A stretch of 64,000 bases of DNA. It comes from Sandaracinaceae bacterium. GTDB taxonomy: Bacteria > Myxococcota_A > Polyangia > Polyangiales > Sandaracinaceae. The position numbers were made by a program, and so were the translations under genes. Positions 28,155 through 42,452 of the stretch are shown one piece after another. The stretch spans positions 1 through 64,000 of the forward strand of contig JBGAQA010000019.1 in the NCBI GenBank assembly GCA_044220955.1. The letters are read 5' to 3'. Within the stretch, counting starts at the first letter, position 1. Every line of letters starts with the position of its first letter. The notes under the pieces are model-generated. The model saw nothing but the letters and a program-made list of their open reading frames with translations. It was not told the origin of the DNA and did no database searches.

Positions 28155-28784
28155 ATGCTTGCTCGACGTAGCGCGCTCGCCCTTCTCACCCTCGCCTTCC
28201 TCGGCCTGGCAGCGTTGCCTGCCCACGCGACCGTGATGGTCGAGATCCCGATGGAGCAGCTCATCGGGGACGCGCAGGTCATCGTCCACGCGACGGTCCT
28301 GCGGACCGGGACGCAGCTCGAGACCTTCGACGGGCACCTCGAGCCGCACACGATCGCGGAGCTCGCGGTGCTCGACGTCCTGAAGGGTGGGCCGGTACAG
28401 CGGATCACGATCGACGAGATCGGCGGCACGACGGCCGACGGCAGCGGCAGCTGGATCGACGGCACGCCGCGCTACCGGGACGGCGAGGAGGTCGTCGTGT
28501 TCCTGCGCCGCCTCCCGAGCGGCGCGTTCCGCACCGTCGGCATGGAGCAGGGTCGCTTCGACGTGATCCGCGAGGTCGACGTCCAGGCTCACGTGGCGCG
28601 CACGCTCGTCGAGCGCGACACGAGCACGATCGCGTTCGCCGCGTGGGTCGACGGAGAGATGCAGGTCCGCGACGGCGGCCGCTCGCCGGCCGTCGACTAC
28701 GACAGCTTCGTCGGCTTCGTCGCGTCCGTCCTCGAGCAGCTCGCCGTGCCCTCCGACCCGTCGTCGACGGGAGGTGGCCGATGA
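28155..28784 (+). CDS. Secreted protein coupled to the matrixin gene
   Basis: Signal peptide ending AHA; GTPRYRDGEEVVVFL..GMEQGRF. Confidence 0.8.
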   Translation: MLARRSALALLTLAFLGLAALPAHATVMVEIPMEQLIGDAQVIVHATVLRTGTQLETFDGHLEPHTIAELAVLDVLKGGPVQRITIDEIGGTTADGSGSWIDGTPRYRDGEEVVVFLRRLPSGAFRTVGMEQGRFDVIREVDVQAHVARTLVERDTSTIAFAAWVDGEMQVRDGGRSPAVDYDSFVGFVASVLEQLAVPSDPSSTGGGR

Positions 28785-30583
28785 CCCCGTCGCAGAGGCG
28801 TCGCTGGACGCTGACCCTCGCTGTCGCCTCGGCGCTGGTCGCGAGCCCTGCGACCGCGTGGAGCCCGATCGACTCGTCACAGCCGATCTGGAGCGGGGCC
28901 GTCCCGTACCAGATGAACGACGCGGGGTCCGCGGATCTCGGCGTCGACACCACCGAGTCCGTCGTCCAGCAGGCGTTCGGCGACTGGACGATGGTGTCGT
29001 GCACGAGCCTGCGCGCAACCTACGGCGGCCGCACCGCGAGCCGCCCCTCGACGGGCGACGGCCGCGCCATGGTCGGCTGGGTCGAGAGCGGCTGGCGCTA
29101 CGACACCAGCGCCATCGGCGTCACGCAGCCGCAGTGGACGTCGCGCACCACCATGGGCCACCCGACGATCGTCGAGGCCGACATGGAGCTCAACGGCGCG
29201 AACTACACCTGGATCACCGGCTCGGGCCGCGGGACCATGGTCAACGCGTACTCGATCGTCCTGCACGAGGGCGGCCACTACTACGGCCTGGGCCACTCCA
29301 CGAGCTCGAGCGCCACGATGTACTACGCGTACAGCGGCGGCATCGCCTCGCTCTCGAGCGACGACCAGACGGGCATCTGCACCCTCTATCCCGGCACGGG
29401 CGTGCCGCCGACGAGCTGCACGACGACGGGCTGTCCGACCGGACAGACCTGCAACACGGCGACCGGGACGTGCATGACGTCCTCGATGATGGGCACGGGC
29501 GGCCTCTGCTCGCCGTGCAGCTCGGCTGCGTCGTGCACGAACGGCTACTGCCTGCGCTACCCGGACGGGCTCGGGTACTGCGGGACGAACTGCTCGAGCG
29601 ACGCCGACTGCTCGGGCGGCTCGACGTGCTTCGCGGTGAGCGGCCTCGGCGGCCAGTGCGTGCAGGCCTCGGGCTCCTGCGCGGGGACGACGCCGAGCGG
29701 CTGCACCAACGACACCGACTGCGCGTCGGGCCAGCGCTGCAACGTCGCGACGGGCGCGTGCGAAGCAGGCTCGACGAGCGGCGGCGGCCTCGGCGCGCCA
29801 TGCACGACCCCGGACGAGTGCTCGTCCAACGTCTGCTTCGGCGGCGTCTGCTCGGCCACGTGCGACTGGCTCGACCCGACCTCGTGCGGCACCGGGTTCT
29901 ACTGCAACGGTCAGGCGACGGGCACGTGCACCGGGACCGGGCTCTGCGAGCCCGGCAGCGCCGGCTCGGGCGCGATCGGATCGGCCTGCAGCGCGAACAC
30001 CGACTGCGCGGGCCTCTTCTGCGCGGAGGGCGTGTGCACCTCGCCCTGCGTCCCGGGCGGCGCGACGACCTCGTGCCCCGTCGGCTACGCGTGCCAGGTC
30101 GGCAGCACGGCGAGCTGCGGGAGCTGCCAGATGACCGGCCAGATCGGCGACGCGTGCTCGATGGGCACCGACTGCGCCTCGCGCATCTGCGTGAACGGCG
30201 CTTGCTCGCAGACCTGCGACCCGGTGAGCGGCGGTGGCTGCCCGGACATGTTCAGCTGCCAGCCCCAGGGCGAGAGCGGCGCGTGCGTCGCGAGCTCGGG
30301 CGGCCTCGGCGCACCTTGCCACTCGATGGGCGACTGCCTGAGCGGCCAGTGCGCACAGTCGGGCTCGAGCACGTTCTGCACGCGCACCTGCGAGGCGACC
30401 GCGCCCTGCCCGCGCGGCTACTCCTGCGTCGCGACGGGCGACGGCACGACGCGGATCTGCCAGCCGCGCGACAGCGGCAGCTGCGGCTGCACGGTGGCCG
30501 GTGGCCGCGGCGGCGCGGCGGGCGCGCTCGCGGGCCTCTCGGTGCTCGCGCTCCTGATGGTCGGACGGCGACGCGCGCGCTGA
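28781..30583 (+). CDS. Matrixin-family (metzincin) metalloprotease with Cys-rich repeats and a MYXO-CTERM-type tail
   Basis: HEGGHYYGLGH, Met-turn ATMY, many Cys repeats, C-terminal GSCGCTVAG-TM-RRRAR. Confidence 0.92.
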   Translation: MTPSQRRRWTLTLAVASALVASPATAWSPIDSSQPIWSGAVPYQMNDAGSADLGVDTTESVVQQAFGDWTMVSCTSLRATYGGRTASRPSTGDGRAMVGWVESGWRYDTSAIGVTQPQWTSRTTMGHPTIVEADMELNGANYTWITGSGRGTMVNAYSIVLHEGGHYYGLGHSTSSSATMYYAYSGGIASLSSDDQTGICTLYPGTGVPPTSCTTTGCPTGQTCNTATGTCMTSSMMGTGGLCSPCSSAASCTNGYCLRYPDGLGYCGTNCSSDADCSGGSTCFAVSGLGGQCVQASGSCAGTTPSGCTNDTDCASGQRCNVATGACEAGSTSGGGLGAPCTTPDECSSNVCFGGVCSATCDWLDPTSCGTGFYCNGQATGTCTGTGLCEPGSAGSGAIGSACSANTDCAGLFCAEGVCTSPCVPGGATTSCPVGYACQVGSTASCGSCQMTGQIGDACSMGTDCASRICVNGACSQTCDPVSGGGCPDMFSCQPQGESGACVASSGGLGAPCHSMGDCLSGQCAQSGSSTFCTRTCEATAPCPRGYSCVATGDGTTRICQPRDSGSCGCTVAGGRGGAAGALAGLSVLALLMVGRRRAR

Positions 30584-30650
30584 GGCGCGCGGGCCTGCCT
30601 GCCCGGGGGTTGCCTCTCGCTCCCGTTCGCTCTACGTCGCACCCGGAGTC

Positions 30651-32414
30651 GTGAAGCCGGTGGTGTCGGATGAGCGGAGGGAGCGCCTCCTCGAGAAGGT
30701 GCGCCCGTACGCCGGACGCCTGGCGTGGGGCGCGCTGCTGCTCGTCTTGACGCAGGCCGCCGAGAAGGCCGCCCCGTGGCTCTTCCGCGTCGGGCTCGAC
30801 GCGCTGCACGATCGCGACGGCACCACGGTGCGCGACGCCGCGCTCGGCGTGATCGGGCTCTCGGCGCTCGCCTGGTTCGTGCGCACGCGATCCCGCATCC
30901 AGGTCTTCAACGTGGGTCGTGACGTCGAGTTCGACCTGCGCAACCAGGTCCTCGCGCGCGTTCACCTCCTCGGTCCGTCCTTCTTCAAGAAGACGAGCAC
31001 CGGCGACATCATGAGCCGCGCGACGAACGATCTCGCGCAGGTGCGCCTCTTGATCGGGTTCGGCGCGCTCAACGTGGTGAACTCGGCCCTCGCGTTCGTG
31101 AGCGCGATCGCGCTGATGTTCGTCGTCTCGCCGCGCCTCACCCTGATGGCGCTGGTCCCGTATCCCTTCCTCGCGTTCGCGGCGCGCCGCTTCGGCCGCG
31201 CGATGTTCGCCCGGAGCGGTGACGCGCAGGTGGCGATCGCCGCGCTCTCGGAGCGTGTCCAGGAGGACGTCGCCGGGACGCGCGCGCTGCGCTCGCTCGG
31301 CCTCGAGGATCGCCAGCGGACGCGCTTCGACCAGGTGAACGAGAACGCGATCGAGAAGAACCTGCGCCTCGTCTCGCTGCGCGCGCTGATGTGGCCCGTG
31401 ATGATGGGGCTCAGCTCGATCGGCACGCTCGTCGTGGTCTGGCAGGGAGGCGAGATGGTCCTCTCGGGGGCGCTGACCGTCGGCGAGTTCGCCGCGTTCA
31501 ACGCGTACCTCGCGCAGCTCGTCTGGCCGACGCTCGCGTTCGGATACCTGCTCGGGATCGTGCAGCGCGGTCGCGCGTCGTACGAGCGCGTGCGCGAGGT
31601 GCTGATCGCCGCGCCCGACGTCGCCGAGGACCCCGACGCGATCCCGGCCAAGAAGGTCGGCGCGCTCAAGGTGGTGGACCTCTCGTACGAGATCGACGGG
31701 CGCCGGGTGCTCGACCACGTGTCGTTCGACGTGCCGGCCGGGAGCTCTCTCGCGGTCGTCGGCGCGACCGGGAGCGGCAAGAGCACGCTGGCGGCGCTCC
31801 TGCCGCGCTTGCTCCAGACCCCGCGAGGCGCCGTGTATCTCGACGGCGACGACGTGACGCGCCTCTCCCTCTCGGACCTCCGGCGCACCGTCGGGTTCGC
31901 GCAGCAGGAGCCCTTCCTCTTCTCGACCACCGTGGCGGCCAACCTCGGCCTCGCGCAGGACGATCCCGCCGCTCCAGGCGCGCGTGCCGCCCTCGAGCAC
32001 GCCGCGTCCGAGGCGAGCGTGAAGGACGAGATCGAACAGCTCCCGGAGGCATGGTCGACGATCGTGGGCGAGCGCGGGGTGCAGCTCTCGGGCGGCCAGA
32101 AGCAGCGGGTGGCGCTCTCCCGAGCGCTGCTCGGCGCGCCACGCGTGCTCGTGCTCGACGACCCGCTCAGCGCCGTCGACTCGCGGACCGAGCGCGCCAT
32201 CCTCGAGGCCCTCGACCGCGCCGCCGCGGGCCGGACGATGGTGCTCGTCACGCACCGCATCGCTGCGGCGGCGCGCTGCGATCGCGTCCTGGTCCTGGAG
32301 GCGGGGCGCGTGGTCGAAGAGGGCACGCACGACGACCTCGTGAAGGGCAGAGGGCTCTACGCGCGGCTCGCGGCGCGGCAGCGCCTCGAGCAAGAGATCG
32401 CGGAGCTCGCGTGA
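30651..32414 (+). CDS. ABC exporter TMD-NBD, subunit A (MdlA/YheI-like)
   Basis: GATGSGKS, LSGGQKQR, Walker B LDDPLS with the catalytic Glu replaced by Asp. Confidence 0.93.
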   Translation: MKPVVSDERRERLLEKVRPYAGRLAWGALLLVLTQAAEKAAPWLFRVGLDALHDRDGTTVRDAALGVIGLSALAWFVRTRSRIQVFNVGRDVEFDLRNQVLARVHLLGPSFFKKTSTGDIMSRATNDLAQVRLLIGFGALNVVNSALAFVSAIALMFVVSPRLTLMALVPYPFLAFAARRFGRAMFARSGDAQVAIAALSERVQEDVAGTRALRSLGLEDRQRTRFDQVNENAIEKNLRLVSLRALMWPVMMGLSSIGTLVVVWQGGEMVLSGALTVGEFAAFNAYLAQLVWPTLAFGYLLGIVQRGRASYERVREVLIAAPDVAEDPDAIPAKKVGALKVVDLSYEIDGRRVLDHVSFDVPAGSSLAVVGATGSGKSTLAALLPRLLQTPRGAVYLDGDDVTRLSLSDLRRTVGFAQQEPFLFSTTVAANLGLAQDDPAAPGARAALEHAASEASVKDEIEQLPEAWSTIVGERGVQLSGGQKQRVALSRALLGAPRVLVLDDPLSAVDSRTERAILEALDRAAAGRTMVLVTHRIAAAARCDRVLVLEAGRVVEEGTHDDLVKGRGLYARLAARQRLEQEIAELA

Positions 32415-34306
32415 GCGATCCGCGCCGCGTCGCGAACGTCCGGCCTCCGAGCGGCGATGCCGTCGACGAGAAGACGTACGACCTGGTCTTGCTCGGGCGC
32501 CTCTGGCCCTTCGCGCGCACGCACGGGCGCCTCCTCCTCACGACGCTGCTCCTCGTCCCGGTCGTGACGGGCGCTTCGCTGACCCAGCCGCTGCTCATCC
32601 GCGAGGCCATCCACGCCTCGCTCGTCGAGCGATCGAGCGTCGCGCTCGGCCACGTCGTCCTTCTGTTCGCGCTGGCCATCGGCGTGGAGTTCACGGCGCG
32701 CTTCGCCCAGCAGTACACGCTCCAGCTCGCCGGGCAGCGCACGGTGGCGGCGATCCGGGCGGCGACGTACGCCCGCGTGCAGCGGCTACCGCTCGCCTAT
32801 CTCGACCGCACGCCCGTCGGGCGCGTGGTCACGCGCGTCACGAACGACTCCGACGCGCTGGGCGAGCTCTTCGCGTCGGGCGCGGTGCTCGCGATCTCGG
32901 ATCTCGTGATGCTGGCGGGGTGCATCGCGGCGATGTTCTACCTCGACGTCGGCATGACGCTGGTCGCGCTCTGCGCCATCCCGCCGCTCGCGTTCGCCGT
33001 CGACCGCATCCGCCGCCGCGCCCGCGAGGCGTTCCGCGCCATCCGGGCCAGCATCGCGCAGCTCAACGCCTACATGTCCGAGCAGGTGCAGGGCATCGCC
33101 ATCGTGCAGGCGTTCGGCCGGGAGGACGCTTGCCTCGCCGAGTACGAGCAGATCAACGCGCAGCACCGCGACGCGAACTTCCTCTCGATTCGCTACGACG
33201 CCCTGCTCTACTCGATCGTCGAGTCGATCGCCGCGGTCACGGTGGCCATCGTCCTCTGGTACGCCGCGGTGCACGTCGGTGGGCTCGGCGAGACGGAGTC
33301 CGCCCTCTACGTCGGCACGGTCGTCGCGTTCTACGACTACGTGCAGCGCTTCTTCGTGCCCATCCGCGAGCTCTCCACGAAGTACACGATCCTGCAGTCC
33401 TCGCTCTCGGCGGCCGAGCGGATCTTCGCCCTGCTCGACATGAAGGACGACGACGCGCCGGCGGGCCTCGAGGTCCCGAGGTACGCCCCGCCCGAGGACG
33501 ACGTCGCGATCGAGCTGCGGGCCGTCGACTTCGCGTACCGCACGGGCCACCCGGTGCTCCACGACGTGTCTCTGCGGGTCAAGCGCGGCGAGCGGATCGC
33601 CATCGTCGGGCCGACGGGCTCCGGCAAGACGACGATCACCGCGCTCGCGCTGCGGCTCTACGACGTGTCGAGAGGCCACGTCCTCGTCGACGGGCGCGAC
33701 GTGCGCGAGGTCGATCGCGGCGCGCTGCGGGGCAAGTTCGCGTGCGTGCCGCAGGACGTCTTCCTCCACAACGACACCATCCTGGCGAACGTGGCCGCGC
33801 TCGATCCGCGTCCCGATCTCGAGCGCGCGAAGGAGGCGGTGCGCAAGGTGGGTCTCGAGCCGATGCTCGCACCCCGCGGCGGCCTGGACGCGCGCGTGGA
33901 CGAGCGCGGAGCCAACCTGAGCGCCGGGGAGCGGCAGCTGGTCGCCTTCGCCCGGGCCATCTACCTGGATCGCCCGTTCCTCGTGCTCGACGAGGCCACC
34001 GCGCACGTGGACAGCGAGACCGAGGCGCGTCTCGGCACGGCGGCCGAGACGATGCTGGCCGGCCGGACGGCCATCGTCATCGCCCACCGGCTCTCCACCG
34101 TCCGGACCGTGGACCGCATCGTGGTGGTGCACCGGGGCCGCATCGTCGAGGAGGGCAGGCACGAGGAGCTGCTCGCGCTCGGGGGCCTCTACTCGCGCCT
34201 GTATCGGCTCCAGCTGGCCGACACGGCGGACCTCGCCCCGCCTGATCCGGCGGAGGGCGAAAATCCCCGTCCTCCCGCACCTCAAGGCGAATCTGCGGTA
34301 AGCTGA
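32411..34306 (+). CDS. ABC exporter TMD-NBD, subunit B (MdlB/YheH-like)
   Basis: GTG overlaps the previous stop; GPTGSGKT, LSAGERQ, LDEATA, IAHRLST. Confidence 0.93.
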   Translation: MSDPRRVANVRPPSGDAVDEKTYDLVLLGRLWPFARTHGRLLLTTLLLVPVVTGASLTQPLLIREAIHASLVERSSVALGHVVLLFALAIGVEFTARFAQQYTLQLAGQRTVAAIRAATYARVQRLPLAYLDRTPVGRVVTRVTNDSDALGELFASGAVLAISDLVMLAGCIAAMFYLDVGMTLVALCAIPPLAFAVDRIRRRAREAFRAIRASIAQLNAYMSEQVQGIAIVQAFGREDACLAEYEQINAQHRDANFLSIRYDALLYSIVESIAAVTVAIVLWYAAVHVGGLGETESALYVGTVVAFYDYVQRFFVPIRELSTKYTILQSSLSAAERIFALLDMKDDDAPAGLEVPRYAPPEDDVAIELRAVDFAYRTGHPVLHDVSLRVKRGERIAIVGPTGSGKTTITALALRLYDVSRGHVLVDGRDVREVDRGALRGKFACVPQDVFLHNDTILANVAALDPRPDLERAKEAVRKVGLEPMLAPRGGLDARVDERGANLSAGERQLVAFARAIYLDRPFLVLDEATAHVDSETEARLGTAAETMLAGRTAIVIAHRLSTVRTVDRIVVVHRGRIVEEGRHEELLALGGLYSRLYRLQLADTADLAPPDPAEGENPRPPAPQGESAVS

Positions 34307-34358
34307 GCGCTCCTACAGGTCGGGGGGCCGGATTCGCCGGGCACCGACTCGAGTCGGC

Positions 34359-38342
<3,984 letters not shown>

Positions 38343-38349
38343 GGCGGCG

Positions 38350-39033
38350 TCAGGGCGTCGGCGGGGTGGGATCCGCAGCGACCGGCGGCGCGGGGTCCGC
38401 AGGGGCGGCGGGAGCCGGATCGGCGGAGGGGGCCGGATCGGCGTGATGGGCGGGCGCGGGCGCAGCGTGAGCCGCTGGAGCCGGCGGTGCGGACGCGGGC
38501 GGCGTCAGGACGAAGTCGGGCAGTGCCGGCGCGGCGGCCTCGCCAGGAGGGGCCGGGAGCTCGACCGGGACATCGACGCCGGTCGTCGCCGCGCCCGGCA
38601 CGGGCGGGAGCCCCTCCGGGATGTGGAGCAAGGGTGTCGCCGGCGCGGGCGCCTCGTCCTCGGTCCCCTCGCCGTCGTGGTCGCCGCTCTCGTGATCGGC
38701 GCTCTCTGGATCGCCGCGGCCGTGCTCGTCGTCCGACTCGAGCGCCTCGTGCAGCTCGGCGCGGTTCTCGTCCTCGCGCTGATGCATCGCGTCTTCCAGC
38801 GCCGAGTCGCCGCTCGAGCTGAGCCAGGCGAGCGTGGCCGACAGGATCATGAAGAGCGCCGCGCTGACGGTCGTGAGCCGCGTCAGCAGGTTCCCGGCCC
38901 CGGAGCCGCCGAAGACCGTCTGGCTGCCGCCCCCGAGCGAGCCCATCCCGCCGCCGCGCCCCTGCTGGAGCAGCACGACCATGATCAGGAAGGAGCAGAC
39001 GAGGACGTAGACGACGGAGAGAAACGTGTACAT
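38350..39033 (-). CDS. secG: Preprotein translocase subunit SecG with a long C-terminal extension
   Basis: VLLQQGRGGGMG..GGGSQTVFG..NLLTRLT; directly downstream of tpiA. Confidence 0.92.
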   Translation of the reverse strand: MYTFLSVVYVLVCSFLIMVVLLQQGRGGGMGSLGGGSQTVFGGSGAGNLLTRLTTVSAALFMILSATLAWLSSSGDSALEDAMHQREDENRAELHEALESDDEHGRGDPESADHESGDHDGEGTEDEAPAPATPLLHIPEGLPPVPGAATTGVDVPVELPAPPGEAAAPALPDFVLTPPASAPPAPAAHAAPAPAHHADPAPSADPAPAAPADPAPPVAADPTPPTP

Positions 39034-39129
39034 GGCGGTCTTCCCGGAACGGGGGCCGGACCGTAGCAGGGTCGCCCGGGTTTTCCAGCAACCCCGGACG
39101 GGGCGCGTTCATGCCCGCCGGGACCTCGG

Positions 39130-39921
39130 TCAGGGTCGAACGGCCGCCCGGACGATGGCCGCGAAGCCCTTGGCGTCGAGCGAGGCTCCACCCACCAGCG
39201 CCCCGTCGATGTCCGGCTCGGCCATGAGGTCGGCCGCGTTGTCCGCCTTCACGCTGCCGCCGTACAGGATGCGCAACCCTGCCGCCGCCTTGTCGCCGAG
39301 CTTCTCTGCGATGCGCGCGCGGATGGCCACGTGCATCTGCTGGGCGTCCTCGGGCTGGGCGACCTTGCCCGTGCCGATCGCCCAGATCGGCTCGTACGCG
39401 ACGACGCAGCGGATCAGCGCGGTGGCGTCGATGCCCTCGAGCGATCCGTCGATCTGGCGCAGCACGACCTCGACCGCGCGCCCGGCCTCGCGATCCGCGA
39501 GCATCTCCCCCACGCAGACGATCGGGCGCAGGCCGCGCGCGAGGCACGCCTGGCGCTTCCGGCTCACGATGGCGTCCGTCTCGCCGTGGTACTGGCGCCG
39601 CTCGGAGTGGCCGACGATGCAGAGGGAGCAGCCCGCGTCGAGCAGCATCGCGGGCGCGATCTCGCCGGTGAAAGCCCCCTTCTCTTCCGCGCACGTGTCC
39701 TGCGCCGCGAGCGCGACGCTCGAGCCCGTGAGGACGCGGGCCACGGAGGCCAGCGCCGTGAACGGCGGGGCGACCGCGACCTCGACGCCCGGCGGGGTCG
39801 ACGCCTCCGGCGAGCGAAGCTCCGCGACGACGTCGCGCACGAGCGACTCCGAGAGCGCGATGGAGGCGGGATGGAGCTTCCAGTTGCCGCAGACGAGCGG
39901 CGTGCGATCGCGAGAGGTCAT
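39130..39921 (-). CDS. tpiA: Triosephosphate isomerase
   Basis: GNWK, GHSERR, AYEPIWAIGTG, LYGGSV, LVGGASL. Confidence 0.98.
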   Translation of the reverse strand: MTSRDRTPLVCGNWKLHPASIALSESLVRDVVAELRSPEASTPPGVEVAVAPPFTALASVARVLTGSSVALAAQDTCAEEKGAFTGEIAPAMLLDAGCSLCIVGHSERRQYHGETDAIVSRKRQACLARGLRPIVCVGEMLADREAGRAVEVVLRQIDGSLEGIDATALIRCVVAYEPIWAIGTGKVAQPEDAQQMHVAIRARIAEKLGDKAAAGLRILYGGSVKADNAADLMAEPDIDGALVGGASLDAKGFAAIVRAAVRP

Positions 39922-40046
39922 CGCCGCCAAGAGTGCCGGGCGCAGCCCTCGTGATCAACGCTCCCGGCGCCTGGCCGAGCCGGGGTCGAGTCGCGCCGAC
40001 ACCGCTCGGGGCGTCGCGACCGGCGGCGACCGACGCCTCGCGCGGG

Positions 40047-41260
40047 TCAGCCCGCGGGGCCCGATCGGAGCGCCTCGACGCCCGGGAGCCTGCGCCCCTC
40101 GATCAGCTCGAGCGACGCGCCGCCTCCCGTCGACACGTGGCCGAACGACGTCGCGAGCCCCGCCTCCTGCACGGCCGCGACGCTGTCGCCGCCGCCCACG
40201 ACCGTGAACGCGCCCTTGAGCTCGGCCAGCGCCTTCGCGACGCCGTTCGTACCGCCCGCGAACGCCGCCTTCTCGAAGAGCCCCATCGGACCGTTCCAGA
40301 ACACGCTGCGGGCGCCGCGAAAGCCGTCCGCGAAGTGCGCGACCGACGCCGGTCCGATGTCGAGCGCCATCATGTCCGCGGGGATCTCGCTCGCGAGCAC
40401 GACCCGTCCCTCGGTCGCGTCGAGCGATGCGGCGACGACGACGTCGTTGGGCAGGAGCACGCGCACCTTCCGGTCCTCGGCCTTCGCGAGGATCGTGCGC
40501 GCGAGCGGGAGCTTGTCCTCCTCGACGAGGCTCTTGCCCACGCTCTTGCCCTGCGCGGCGAGGAACGTGTTGGCCATGGCGCCCCCGATCGCCAGCACGT
40601 CCACCTTCGCGAGCAGCGCCTCGAGCACCGCGATCTTGTCCGAGACCTTCGCGCCGCCGAGCACCGCGACGTAAGGACGCGGCGGATCGCCGCGGAGCTT
40701 GCCGAGCGCGTCGAGCTCCGCGCGCATGAGCATCCCCGCGCCGCGGTCGCGCACGAGCTTCGGCAGCGCGGCGACCGACGCATGCGCGCGGTGCGCGGCG
40801 CCGAACGCGTCGTTCACGTAGACGTCGCAGAGCTTCGCGAGCTCGCGCGCGAAGCTCTCGTCGTTCTTCTCCTCCTCGGCGTGGAAGCGCAGGTTCTCGA
40901 GGCAGGCGATCTGCCCCTCACGCAGGTCGGTCACGACCTTCTTCGGCCCGTCGCCGACGCAGTCGTCCGCGAGCAGCACCTCGACGCTCATCAGCTCGGC
41001 GAGCCGGTGCGCCGCCGGCTCCATCGAGTACTTGGGCTCCGGCCCGCCCTTGGGGCGCCCGAGGTGCGACGCGATCACCACGCGCGCTCCCTGCTTCAGC
41101 GCGTGCTCCAGCGTGGGGATCGCGGCGCGGATGCGCGTGTCGTCCGCGACCTTTCCGCCCTCGAGCGGGACGTTGAAGTCCACCCGCACGAAGAGCCGCT
41201 TGCCCGCGAGCGGCAGCTCCTCGATCGAGAGGATTCCCTCGAGCATGGGGTTGGCGGACA

Positions 41261-41261
<1 letters not shown>
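40047..41261 (-). CDS. pgk: Phosphoglycerate kinase
   Basis: RVDFNVP, SHLGRP, LENLRF, WNGPMG, STGGGASLE. Confidence 0.98.
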
Positions 41262-42277
<1,016 letters not shown>

Positions 42278-42302
42278 GGAGCCTCCTACCGAGTGAGCGC
42301 GC

Positions 42303-42332
42303 GATCTAGCCGCGCCGAAAAGGCCCGGTCAA
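42303..42332 (-). promoter_or_regulatory. Putative sigma70 promoter of the gap operon (TTGACC-N18-TAGATC)
   Basis: Read on the minus strand upstream of the gap RBS. Confidence 0.5.
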
Positions 42333-42452
42333 GACGCGCGGGCGCCTTGGACTGCTTCGTACGCACCGCCTGGCTCGACGCGAGCCCGGCCCTGGCAGGC
42401 GCCGGACGCAGCGCATCTGGCCCCCGGCCGCCGGATCGGATACGCACGGCGG

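Noticed and set aside
30651..34306. Degenerate ABC motifs (LDD, LSAGE) as a sign of pseudogenisation
   Set aside because: One degenerate nucleotide site is the normal pattern for heterodimeric ABC exporters.
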